Positions 20,438-28,333 of a DNA stretch of 32,000 bases are shown in pieces; the stretch's first letter is position 1, and the number at the start of each line of letters is the position of its first letter. Source of the stretch: Prochlorococcus marinus subsp. pastoris str. CCMP1986 (GTDB lineage Bacteria; Cyanobacteriota; Cyanobacteriia; PCC-6307; Cyanobiaceae); the NCBI RefSeq assembly GCF_000011465.1, contig NC_005072.1:750001-782000 (forward strand). Direction: 5' to 3'. Below the pieces are notes generated by a model. It saw only the letters and a program-made list of their open reading frames with translations, did no database searches and was not told where the DNA came from. Made by a program: the position numbers and the translations under genes.

Positions 20438-20560
20438 TCATTTACTTACAAATAAAATTAGTCCACGAGTAAAGATAATTGCAACCGCGAAAAGATAAAT
20501 CCAAAACAATACCATACTTATCTTGTTCTCTAAATTACCTTTGTGATAATTGTCTTTCAT
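20438..20560 (-). CDS. small single-TM protein (not in supplied ORF track)
   Basis: Manual translation: MKDNYHKGNLENKISMVLFWIYLFAVAIIFTRGLILFVSK* (40 aa). Confidence 0.4.
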   Translation of the reverse strand: MKDNYHKGNLENKISMVLFWIYLFAVAIIFTRGLILFVSK

Positions 20561-20970
20561 TAATAATTAATAGAATATGATATTAAATATAAAAGGAATT
20601 CTAAAGTCCTATCAATAATTGTAACTTCCTGAAAAATCTCATTTGTTGGATATTGTCTAACTGATTTTTATCTAATTAAAGTTTTTAATTATTTTTTTGG
20701 AAATATTCCTCCGAATAAAACATTAATGAAAGTTTTAGTAAACGAAAGGTAAAAATTATTTTTTCTATTAATTAAATATTTAAAATTAGTGTTTATCGTT
20801 ATTATGTTATTTTTAATTTTTACGAATTTATTATCACTAGTCAAAGTTATTTTTTTCTATTATTTCTTGAATTCAATTTAATATTTCATAAAGATAATTT
20901 TCCATTCGTTATGGTTTCTTTTCATTTAAACTTGTTTTTATTAGTAAATTTTTTTTAAATTATTATTTGC

Positions 20971-21333
20971 CTATTTTTTTATATACACTTCTGGATCTGA
21001 GAAATCTACTTCAATTTGTTTTAAACGTTTTTGGTAAATAACCTCGTATTTTGAATCGAAAGGATCACGGCTTTTGTATCTATTATAATTTTGTCCTTCA
21101 TATTTTTCTAAGTTTATAAATTCTTCTACTTGCTTGATAAGATCTTTATAAATTGAAGCTCCTATAATTTGTTCTTGAGAAAGGTCTCTTGAATTTGAAT
21201 CAACATACTCAACAATTCCTTTATATGTATAAAGCCATTGTCTCCTTATCACAGGATCGAGGGCAATAACTTCTTTAACTATAAAGTTTGTACAAAGTTT
21301 CAACTTTATCTTTAAATCTTTAATATCAGTCAA
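20971..21333 (-). CDS. hypothetical protein
   Basis: Intact 120-aa ORF MTDIKDLKIKLKLCTNFIVKEVIALDPVIRRQWLYTY.... Confidence 0.65.
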   Translation of the reverse strand: MTDIKDLKIKLKLCTNFIVKEVIALDPVIRRQWLYTYKGIVEYVDSNSRDLSQEQIIGASIYKDLIKQVEEFINLEKYEGQNYNRYKSRDPFDSKYEVIYQKRLKQIEVDFSDPEVYIKK

Positions 21334-21462
21334 AAAATAAGGGAAGAATGTTTAGATCATTTTAGATCAGGCTTTATATAATTACTATTTTTTTTTAGGA
21401 CTCTTATTTAATTATTCAAATTAAATTCTAGAGAAAACACAGAAAAAAATATTCTGTAAACT

Positions 21463-21708
21463 TTATTTTTGTAGCTTATAACCAAATTGAATCAATTGGT
21501 TATACGTAGATTTAATTTGTAAATGGTTTAGAGATAGACGTCTTTCTTCATTCTTTTGGACATAAAAAAAACCTTTATTGTCTAAACTTTTCTCAATTGT
21601 TACGTTTTGCTTCCCTTTATTTAGAATCCAAGGCTCTTTTTGAAAATTTTCATCTCCAAATTTGTAATCCCATGGGAAAGTTTCAGCCAATTTATTTTCT
21701 TGTGACAA
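21463..21708 (-). CDS. hypothetical protein
   Basis: 81-aa ORF MSQENKLAETFPWDYKFGDENFQKEPWILNKGKQ.... Confidence 0.6.
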   Translation of the reverse strand: MSQENKLAETFPWDYKFGDENFQKEPWILNKGKQNVTIEKSLDNKGFFYVQKNEERRLSLNHLQIKSTYNQLIQFGYKLQK

Positions 21709-21995
21709 GTAAGATATTTATCGAGTAAGATTCTTTAACTTTACTCTATTTTATTGTTGTTGAACTAATTGATGGCTATATATTTACTTTTTGATTTATA
21801 AGGTCTCTCCACAAACAAGCCATTATATAAGTTAGAAGTGAGCTTGAAAATATTAAAAAAAATGATGTAGTAGTCATGTTGTTATTTGTTAAAAATACAT
21901 AGTTACACCGCTGTATAACCGATAGTTAAACAGAAGATAAATTTAAGTAAATCTCTTGGAACAGAGTTAATAATTAAACTAAGTTGAGACAATTT

Positions 21996-22190
21996 TTATG
22001 ACCTTATGGTTTTGTTTAATTCAAACTTTTCAGCTTTTTCCGTTTGACACTCAGTGTCATCTTCAGGGCATTTAATTTCTGCTTTCTTGTTCATGTGATT
22101 GTTGCAACCGCCTGCCATAACTGGTAAACCACTTGTAGCTGTGAAGCCAGTCAAACATAAGAAGGTTATGTATGGAATAATTCTTGTCAT
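21996..22190 (-). CDS. small secreted Cys-containing protein
   Basis: Signal-like N-terminus MTRIIPYITFLCLTGFTATSGLPVMAGG then CNNHMNKKAEIKCPEDDTECQ. Confidence 0.5.
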   Translation of the reverse strand: MTRIIPYITFLCLTGFTATSGLPVMAGGCNNHMNKKAEIKCPEDDTECQTEKAEKFELNKTIRS

Positions 22191-22377
22191 CTAATTGTTA
22201 CTATATGTAAACTTATTATGTTACATTTAATTCCTAACTGTGAGTAGATAGGATATTCCATTGATTTATTAATGAATTTAATTATTTGTATGTATGCTGA
22301 TAGATTTTGAAAAGACTTATTTATTTGTTTTTACTATATAAGTTCTTAATAAGCAAAAAAAAAGACTTCGATAAATA

Positions 22378-22536
22378 ATGCCGAGCCTAAGTGATGGGGA
22401 TTTTTATTATTACAGAAATTTTTATATAGATCAACCCCCACAAATGGCGCAAGTCTTTTATGAATCACTACATGTTATCTCATTTTCTTTAAAAATTATT
22501 TTTTATTTTTTGGAAAGGCTTAGTGATGTTAATTAA
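22378..22536 (+). CDS. small hypothetical protein (52 aa, not in supplied ORF track)
   Basis: Manual translation: MPSLSDGDFYYYRNFYIDQPPQMAQVFYESLHVISFSLKIIFYFLERLSDVN*. Confidence 0.4.
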   Translation: MPSLSDGDFYYYRNFYIDQPPQMAQVFYESLHVISFSLKIIFYFLERLSDVN

Positions 22537-22786
22537 TTAGTTTTTTAAGCTCCTAATGTATAGTTAAATTTTATTATGCAATAGTAAATAATTATTTATT
22601 TATGGAAGTTTAATTTAATTGATTAAGCAATTAAATTTATTTATATAACTGCTACTAGGAAAGAGTTGAATTTCTAACGTCGGAAGTTAATTTATTTCTT
22701 TTTCTCTTTTTTAGAGACTTAACAATATAAAAGCTTGCTTAATATCCCTATAAGCAAGCTCTCATGACGATTTAATTTTTAAATAT

Positions 22787-22966
22787 TTATGCTGGCAATC
22801 TACAATCAAGTTCTATTGTTCCCTCATCCATAAGGCGACCAATTTTTAAAACTAGTGCCATATCTAATCTTGAGAAATCTGATTGGTGATTTGTAATCCA
22901 ATCTAATTCAGATAAAGTTATTACTCCAGTAGTATTAACTTTGAGGAAGAGTAATCCTAAATTCAT
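22787..22966 (-). CDS. small hypothetical protein downstream of hli cluster
   Basis: MNLGLLFLKVNTTGVITLSELDWITNHQSDFSRLDMALVLKIGRLMDEGTIELDCRLPA; start at 22966 fits just after the stop of the 29-aa ORF (track start 23002). Confidence 0.55.
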   Translation of the reverse strand: MNLGLLFLKVNTTGVITLSELDWITNHQSDFSRLDMALVLKIGRLMDEGTIELDCRLPA

Positions 22967-22973
22967 TATGCTA

Positions 22974-23063
22974 TTAATTAGTTGCTTTTTTTCCCTTAGC
23001 AATCATCAGTACTGGTACTAAAAGATATGCAAAGAATGAGATTAAGAAAATATCTAAATTCAT
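22974..23063 (-). CDS. 29-aa membrane microprotein (not in supplied ORF track)
   Basis: Manual translation: MNLDIFLISFFAYLLVPVLMIAKGKKATN*; fits exactly between two flanking ORFs on the same strand. Confidence 0.5.
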   Translation of the reverse strand: MNLDIFLISFFAYLLVPVLMIAKGKKATN

Positions 23064-23064
23064 T

Positions 23065-23193
23065 TTAAAAAATCCCAGGTATGATCCAGCCAAAAAGACC
23101 GTAATTAACTACTAATGCAAAAAAGCCCATCATTGCCATTCTTCCATTAGTTCTTTCTGCATTTTGCCAGTAATTAGGTTTTGAGTTTTCCAT
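23065..23193 (-). CDS. hli: high-light-inducible protein (not in supplied ORF track)
   Basis: Manual translation: MENSKPNYWQNAERTNGRMAMMGFFALVVNYGLFGWIIPGIF* (42 aa) with ERxNGRxAMxGF chlorophyll-binding-like motif. Confidence 0.85.
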   Translation of the reverse strand: MENSKPNYWQNAERTNGRMAMMGFFALVVNYGLFGWIIPGIF

Positions 23194-23223
23194 TTTTTTG
23201 TTTTAGTTATTTGAAGTTTGTAT

Positions 23224-23370
23224 TTAAACGAAACCTGGAATGATTTGACCTGTAGTTAGATATGCACCAACTGCAGCTATAAGTCCGATCATTGCAAATC
23301 TACCGTTGAGAGTTTCTGCAACAACTTTTTCCTTCTCGATTGTTTTAGTTTTTGTGTTTGAGTTTGTCAT
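23224..23370 (-). CDS. hli: high-light-inducible protein
   Basis: ...EKVVAETLNGRFAMIGLIAAVGAYLTTGQIIPGFV; start at MTNSN proposed, an alternative in-frame start near 23480 would add a TM segment (MSPLAVFLILIVSLTALLVASL...). Confidence 0.85.
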   Translation of the reverse strand: MTNSNTKTKTIEKEKVVAETLNGRFAMIGLIAAVGAYLTTGQIIPGFV

Positions 23371-23483
23371 TTGATTTTTGTTTGAGTAGATTAAATTTTC
23401 TTCTTGAAATTGTTTAGTTAGGGAAGCAACGAGTAAAGCAGTTAGAGATACAATTAAAATCAAAAAAACTGCTAGTGGACTCA

Positions 23484-23693
23484 TTAAAAAATACCTGGAA
23501 TGATTTGACCTGTTGTTACGTATGCACCTAATAATGCTACGAAGCCAATCATTGCCCAACGACCGTTAACTTTTTCTGCGTTTTGAGGATAGCCGTCATA
23601 AGAAACTGACTCATCTATGTAAGGACGAGTTTCTGATGGAAACATGTTTTGTCTTCCGCCAGACTCAGTTGTTGTGTATGAAGAATTTGACAT
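23484..23693 (-). CDS. hli: high-light-inducible protein
   Basis: ...NAEKVNGRWAMIGFVALLGAYVTTGQIIPGIF. Confidence 0.92.
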   Translation of the reverse strand: MSNSSYTTTESGGRQNMFPSETRPYIDESVSYDGYPQNAEKVNGRWAMIGFVALLGAYVTTGQIIPGIF

Positions 23694-23800
23694 TAGAAAA
23701 AACCAGGAATTATTTGACCAGTTGTTACGTATGCGCCAACAGCTGCTACGAAACCAAGCATTGCTGCTAAGCCGTTAAATCTTTCTGCGTCAGGTGTCAT
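23693..23800 (-). CDS. hli: short high-light-inducible protein (35 aa, not in supplied ORF track)
   Basis: Manual translation: MTPDAERFNGLAAMLGFVAAVGAYVTTGQIIPGFF*; stop shares one base with the start codon of the next hli (TAATG). Confidence 0.88.
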   Translation of the reverse strand: MTPDAERFNGLAAMLGFVAAVGAYVTTGQIIPGFF

Positions 23801-24176
23801 AATTAAAATTTGATTATGTAAACAAATATAACACAACTATTAATGAATGTAAAGATATTGGCCTCTATTAGTGCTTAAATAGTATTTTCTATACATTTTT
23901 GATACATTAATGTATAAAGTCATTAAACTTATCTATTTATTGTTAACAAGTAAGATTTTGAAAAATAATAAACAATTATTTATGAAACTTTTTAGGTATG
24001 GAATATGATTTTATTAGTGGGATACTTGAATTAATCCAAAATCAAATCTTTTAGATAATGAAAGAAAAGTAAATAAAGAAAAGGCTATTGATGAAATAGT
24101 AAAAATAATTCAGGATTTTCAATACAATGATGAACTTAGTGAGAAATATAAATGGAAAAGAAATCTGATTCTATTT

Positions 24177-24344
24177 TTAAGCACCTTCTTTAAGTATTAA
24201 CTTAAGTTGATCGCTATCTAGTTGTTCTAAATAATTTCTCATTGCAAGCCATGATCTTTCGCTTTCTATCTTTCCGCTTTGTTTAAAAAAAATTGCGGAA
24301 ACTTGATCTACTAATTCTTTATGAGTCATATACATATGCTTCAT
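24177..24344 (-). CDS. small hypothetical protein (not in supplied ORF track)
   Basis: Manual translation: MKHMYMTHKELVDQVSAIFFKQSGKIESERSWLAMRNYLEQLDSDQLKLILKEGA*; start may be the internal Met at 24329. Confidence 0.5.
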   Translation of the reverse strand: MKHMYMTHKELVDQVSAIFFKQSGKIESERSWLAMRNYLEQLDSDQLKLILKEGA

Positions 24345-24459
24345 CAGGTTTAATTACAAAACCATTAAAAAATTCAGCTAATAACTTTGATGGATCTTGA
24401 GCAGATATTTTCCTATCCTCTTTGGATAGTTCCTTTTTAATTAGATTTAGGTACTTCAT
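24319..24459 (-). CDS. small hypothetical protein (46 aa, not in supplied ORF track)
   Basis: Manual translation: MKYLNLIKKELSKEDRKISAQDPSKLLAEFFNGFVIKPDEAYVYDS*; ATGA overlap with upstream ORF 24456..24755. Confidence 0.45.
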   Translation of the reverse strand: MKYLNLIKKELSKEDRKISAQDPSKLLAEFFNGFVIKPDEAYVYDS

Positions 24460-24755
24460 GCCGATTCAGGTAATTCTAGTTCCTCAAAAGTCCAACCTTC
24501 TAGTTGAAGATCATGCCATTTATCCCAGGCTTTTTCCAAATGCATTTGACTTGATGACTTGATTGCTGAGGGCTCACCAAGATCGTTTGCATAATATTTA
24601 TGGGCAAAAATCATGATATTATTTCTGGTTGATTTTTCATTTCTTGTAAATAAAATTAGTCTGCTGCGATCGGGGTTAAGAAGCCAACCACTTGGGGACT
24701 CATTACGATAACCATAAGAAAAATTAGACCAAACATTAGCTGCTCCAAGGTTCAT
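24456..24755 (-). CDS. hypothetical protein
   Basis: 99-aa ORF MNLGAANVWSNFSYGYRNESPSGWLLNPDRSRLILFTRNEKS.... Confidence 0.6.
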   Translation of the reverse strand: MNLGAANVWSNFSYGYRNESPSGWLLNPDRSRLILFTRNEKSTRNNIMIFAHKYYANDLGEPSAIKSSSQMHLEKAWDKWHDLQLEGWTFEELELPESA

Positions 24756-24814
24756 TGCTTAGTAATACATGTGTACTACTAATATAAGCCAATGGTAATT
24801 AAATCGTCAAGTAT

Positions 24815-25090
24815 TTAATTATTAACTTTGAGTTTTTCTCTTAATTCTGGAAAGCTATTTGCAATATGGATTAACTCATAAACCTCTTCACTATCATATT
24901 TTTTATCCGGAACTCCACTTCCTACTTCTATTCCTTTATCTTTCATTTTCTTTAGGATCAGTTCTTGTCTTTCTTGCCTTGTCATCGATTTATATTTTTT
25001 TCTTATTTCTTCTTTATCCATAATAATTAAAGCTAATGCAATTGTTCCAATACTAAAAATTAAGCTCCATCCCTTCGAGTTTATAGGCAA
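24815..25090 (-). CDS. small hypothetical protein with N-terminal TM
   Basis: 91-aa ORF MPINSKGWSLIFSIGTIALALIIMDKEEIRKKYKSMTRQERQELI.... Confidence 0.55.
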   Translation of the reverse strand: MPINSKGWSLIFSIGTIALALIIMDKEEIRKKYKSMTRQERQELILKKMKDKGIEVGSGVPDKKYDSEEVYELIHIANSFPELREKLKVNN

Positions 25091-26079
25091 TTTATATATA
25101 ATTTCTATTTGATTATCTTATTAAATAGTGATTGTAATAAAACATAAAAATATTTAATTTATAGTATTAAAAATTTAATTACCATAGGTAATACCTATCT
25201 CCTCATTTCTTCTTAATTCGGCTTATGTCCTCCCTAGCCCACTACTATCGCTATCACTAAATTCTATATATTAATTTTTAAATACAGTTCCAGGTATGGG
25301 TTTATCGTACTAAAGTATAAATACTGGGTCTCTATGTATAAAAAATCATACAAGAAGACATTAATCTATAGTAAAAGCATTACGCAAAGATATATCAGCT
25401 AAAACAAGAAAACTTTATAAATTAGCACCGAAGAAGATATAGATCAGTAGCTGTATTGTTAGGTCACTCAAAGTAGTCAACCCTTCTCCTCGTTTAGTTG
25501 AGTTTAAAAATAAGGAGTATATGGAACTTCAGAATTTAGTGAGTCACCATAATAGCTTTCTGCTGACTTCTCTAATAACCAGTACAAGAAATTAACAAAT
25601 GGTTTCTGCATAAGAATCTCTATTTCTATAGTCATTCAAATTCATATCTCTAATTTAAAGGACGTAAAAATACTTATTTAGAAAAAGATCGAATCGTATT
25701 AGAAGGGACTTTTATTGGAACTAAAGATTTACCGTAGTGTGATTCGGCTGATCTCATCAGTAACCAGTAAAAGAAATTTACTAAAGCAGTCTCCACAAGG
25801 ATTTAGTAACTGACCTAAGAAACCTTATTCGAAGTGTATTAGCAATATACAAAACTCTAATATCAAGCAATCAAGACATTTGTATCAGTATGAACTATTT
25901 AGTTACTTAAACAAATCATTATTACTCAAACACATAAAACTAATTAATGATAAACAATAACAAATTAATAAAATATTAAATTTAAGTGGAAATAAATTTC
26001 CTCTAGGTTGTTGTTAAACATAGCTATCTGTATTTTGGTATTTGTTATTTAGATTTTTTTACCAAGCTTTTTGTAATAG

Positions 26080-26310
26080 TTAATTAATAGATGTCTTTAA
26101 TTTTCTTACTAATTCCTTACCTCTCTTGGTTAAAAAAGTCAGTCTCTTCTCCTATCAGCAGGATCTTCCATTTTTGATATAAGTCCTATTCCAGAGACTT
26201 CCCTCTTAGTCTATAAGCAGATAACCAATCTGTATTTCTGCTAAAACTAGCTTTGTCCATTTTAGTTATCATTTTCAGGGTTTTTGAGTGTACTAGCTTC
26301 CTTCCTATTC
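26080..26310 (-). pseudogene. degenerate MarR-like winged-helix regulator
   Basis: Reverse-strand fragments in shifted frames: MITKMDKASFSRNTDWLSAYRLRGKSLE*; then SGIGLISKMEDPADRRRD*; then LTKRGKELVRKLKTSIN*. Together they follow the MarR pattern R.ld.L...GLI.r.eDp.DRR...LT.kG.eLv..l. Confidence 0.55.
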
Positions 26311-26365
26311 CATTACTTTCCGATTCGTGATAACTAAGTTATTACCCCAAACCTATTGCAAGCAC

Positions 26366-26387
26366 AAAAAAACCCGTCTATGACGGG
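26366..26387 (-). terminator. Rho-independent terminator after tRNA-fMet
   Basis: Reverse strand CCCGTC-ATA-GACGGG hairpin followed by TTTTTTT. Confidence 0.85.
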
Positions 26388-26395
26388 CTTCTCAT

Positions 26396-26472
<77 letters not shown>

Positions 26473-26517
26473 ATACATACATAGCATACATCTGAACGGG
26501 TTCTTTTTTATATATTT

Positions 26518-27483
26518 TTAGGATTCTTGGAATTTTAATTGACCTTTTACTTCAATTTGAACCCCTTCAGGTAATTTTATGATCTTGTCCTCTATATCTT
26601 GTATTCTTAATTCGGAAATCCATTCTAGTTGTTTCAAAATATGTAGACCCACAGATTGTTTTGCTCTTTTTGATCCGTCTTCAACTTTTAAAGCTAAACC
26701 CATTCCTTCATTTACTTTACAAAAACACTGTATTCCTTCTGCTCCTCCCTTGCTTATTACATGCCCATGTGATGCTTGTATAACCTCCGTATCAAATCTA
26801 TTGTGGTCGCTTATCATTGTTGGATTAATTGTCATCGCTCTACTTATTTGCTCTAATTCAGCATTATCTGAACTACTTAATAATGAATATAATTTTGCCA
26901 TTTCGAGTATTTTCATATATAGAGTTGGAGCTCCACAGTCATCTCTCTCTGCGTATATCTGCTCCAATGGGATTTCAAGAAGTTCCGATATTATCCTAAA
27001 GATTTCTACTTGTAGAGGGTGATCTCCCTTTAAATAAGTTTCTAACGGCCAATTTAATTTTTTACATGTTGCTAGAAATGCTGCATGCTTACCAGAACAA
27101 TTATGTTCTAAGGGACTTGTTTTTTTTATGGGACATTTGAGATTATGTATGTCTATATTGTATTCCCACAAAATTTTAAAAGCTTCTCTTGCATGTAATT
27201 TAGATCCACTGTGAGATCCACAGGATAAGGCAATTGACTTTGATGAATTCTTGATTTTTGATGAAGCTCCACTACTCACAAATGGAATTGCTTGAAAAGG
27301 CTTTAAGGCAGATCTTATGAAGCTTTTATATTCTGGATTACCAGCACACATTAACACTCTTCCTTTTTTATCACTAATTACTGCATGTACTTTGTGAATC
27401 GATTCTAGTTTTGAACCTCTCATTAATATCATCTCTAATGGAGGATTATTTGATGTGTATAAATTTTTAAAATTAGAACTCAT
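26518..27483 (-). CDS. L-asparaginase II family protein
   Basis: ALSCGSHSGSKLHAREAF, HNCSGKHAAFLATCKKLNW, RDDCGAPTLYM; start at internal Met avoids overlap. Confidence 0.85.
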   Translation of the reverse strand: MSSNFKNLYTSNNPPLEMILMRGSKLESIHKVHAVISDKKGRVLMCAGNPEYKSFIRSALKPFQAIPFVSSGASSKIKNSSKSIALSCGSHSGSKLHAREAFKILWEYNIDIHNLKCPIKKTSPLEHNCSGKHAAFLATCKKLNWPLETYLKGDHPLQVEIFRIISELLEIPLEQIYAERDDCGAPTLYMKILEMAKLYSLLSSSDNAELEQISRAMTINPTMISDHNRFDTEVIQASHGHVISKGGAEGIQCFCKVNEGMGLALKVEDGSKRAKQSVGLHILKQLEWISELRIQDIEDKIIKLPEGVQIEVKGQLKFQES

Positions 27484-27484
27484 T

Positions 27485-27982
27485 TTAGAGATTATTGTTT
27501 TGAAATAGTAAAATTCCAATTAAAGCAAAGATAATAATAATAGATAAAATTTGAATTAAATTTTTTAAAATTGGTTTTACTTCTAGTGATGCTATTAACG
27601 ATTCTTTTTCTCTTAATTTAATTGGTTTGATCCATATTTGTCCGTCATACCATCCTGATTCTTCATATTCCACTTTTTCAGAAGTTAATCTTTTGAATAT
27701 ATGATTCCAACCTAGATATAACCTTATAGAGAAAAGAAATGGCAATGATAAACTACTAAAAAAGCTTAATAAAATGTACCTTAATGTAGAAGTTTCAAAA
27801 TATACACTCCCTGAAGAAATTACAACAAATATAAAAAATGTTCCGATCCAAAACTTTAGTAAAATAAATGAAAAAGCTTTCTTTGATTTTGGCCAAGTAA
27901 ATATTTTAGATTTTGATAATTCGATAAATTCATTTGTAGGCTGTTGATCTTTTGGAACTGGGCAGTTAAATTGATTCATCAA
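27485..27982 (-). CDS. CGLD27/DUF1230-like membrane protein
   Basis: NCPVPKDQQPTNEFIELSKSKIFTWP... and two TM segments; ...VEYEESGWYDGQIWIKP.... Confidence 0.75.
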   Translation of the reverse strand: MMNQFNCPVPKDQQPTNEFIELSKSKIFTWPKSKKAFSFILLKFWIGTFFIFVVISSGSVYFETSTLRYILLSFFSSLSLPFLFSIRLYLGWNHIFKRLTSEKVEYEESGWYDGQIWIKPIKLREKESLIASLEVKPILKNLIQILSIIIIFALIGILLFQNNNL

Positions 27983-27988
27983 TATTTA

Positions 27989-28333
27989 TTATGGAAAATT
28001 GAGGTCATCTCCATTACTCCAAAATGATTCAAGGTCGTAGAACTTTCTTATTTCGGGTTGAAAAATATTTACTATTAAATCACCATAATCAAGTAGGGCC
28101 CATTTTGCTTCGCTAACTCCCTCTTTTCTAATTGGTTCAATCTTTGCTTTTTCTCTAAGTTCTATCTCAACAGAATTAGTAATTGATCTAACTTGAACAT
28201 CTGATAAGCCTTCAGCAATAAGTATCCACTCACTAATGTATGAAACTTTGTCAATTTTAATCAATTTTATCTCTTGGGCCTTTTTTATATCACAGGCTTT
28301 GGCAGCCATTAAAACTAACAATTTATTGTCCAT
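27989..28333 (-). CDS. rsfS: ribosome silencing factor (Iojap/RsfS)
   Basis: SDVQVRSITNSVE...EGVSEAKWALLDYGDLIVNIFQPEIRKFYDLESFW; start at MDNKLL reduces overlap with the upstream ORF (track start 28405). Confidence 0.9.
   Translation of the reverse strand: MDNKLLVLMAAKACDIKKAQEIKLIKIDKVSYISEWILIAEGLSDVQVRSITNSVEIELREKAKIEPIRKEGVSEAKWALLDYGDLIVNIFQPEIRKFYDLESFWSNGDDLNFP

Noticed and set aside
21776-21877. 33-aa reverse ORF MTTTSFFLIFSSSLLTYIMACLWRDLINQKVNI*
   Set aside because: TM-like but too short and unsupported by context; kept only as a note.
23370-23559. Extended N-terminus (MGNDWLRSIIRCIRNNRSNHSRYF...) of the hli at 23224
   Set aside because: Would overlap the upstream hli by 76 nt in another frame; an internal start is more likely, although the MSPLAVFLILIVSLTALLVASL segment remains possible.
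25521-25595. 24-aa + ORF preceded by AAGGAG (MELQNLVSHHNSFLLTSLITSTRN*)
   Set aside because: It has a Shine-Dalgarno-like sequence but lies in the decayed repeat region, and the homologous downstream copy favours a different frame; more likely a relic.
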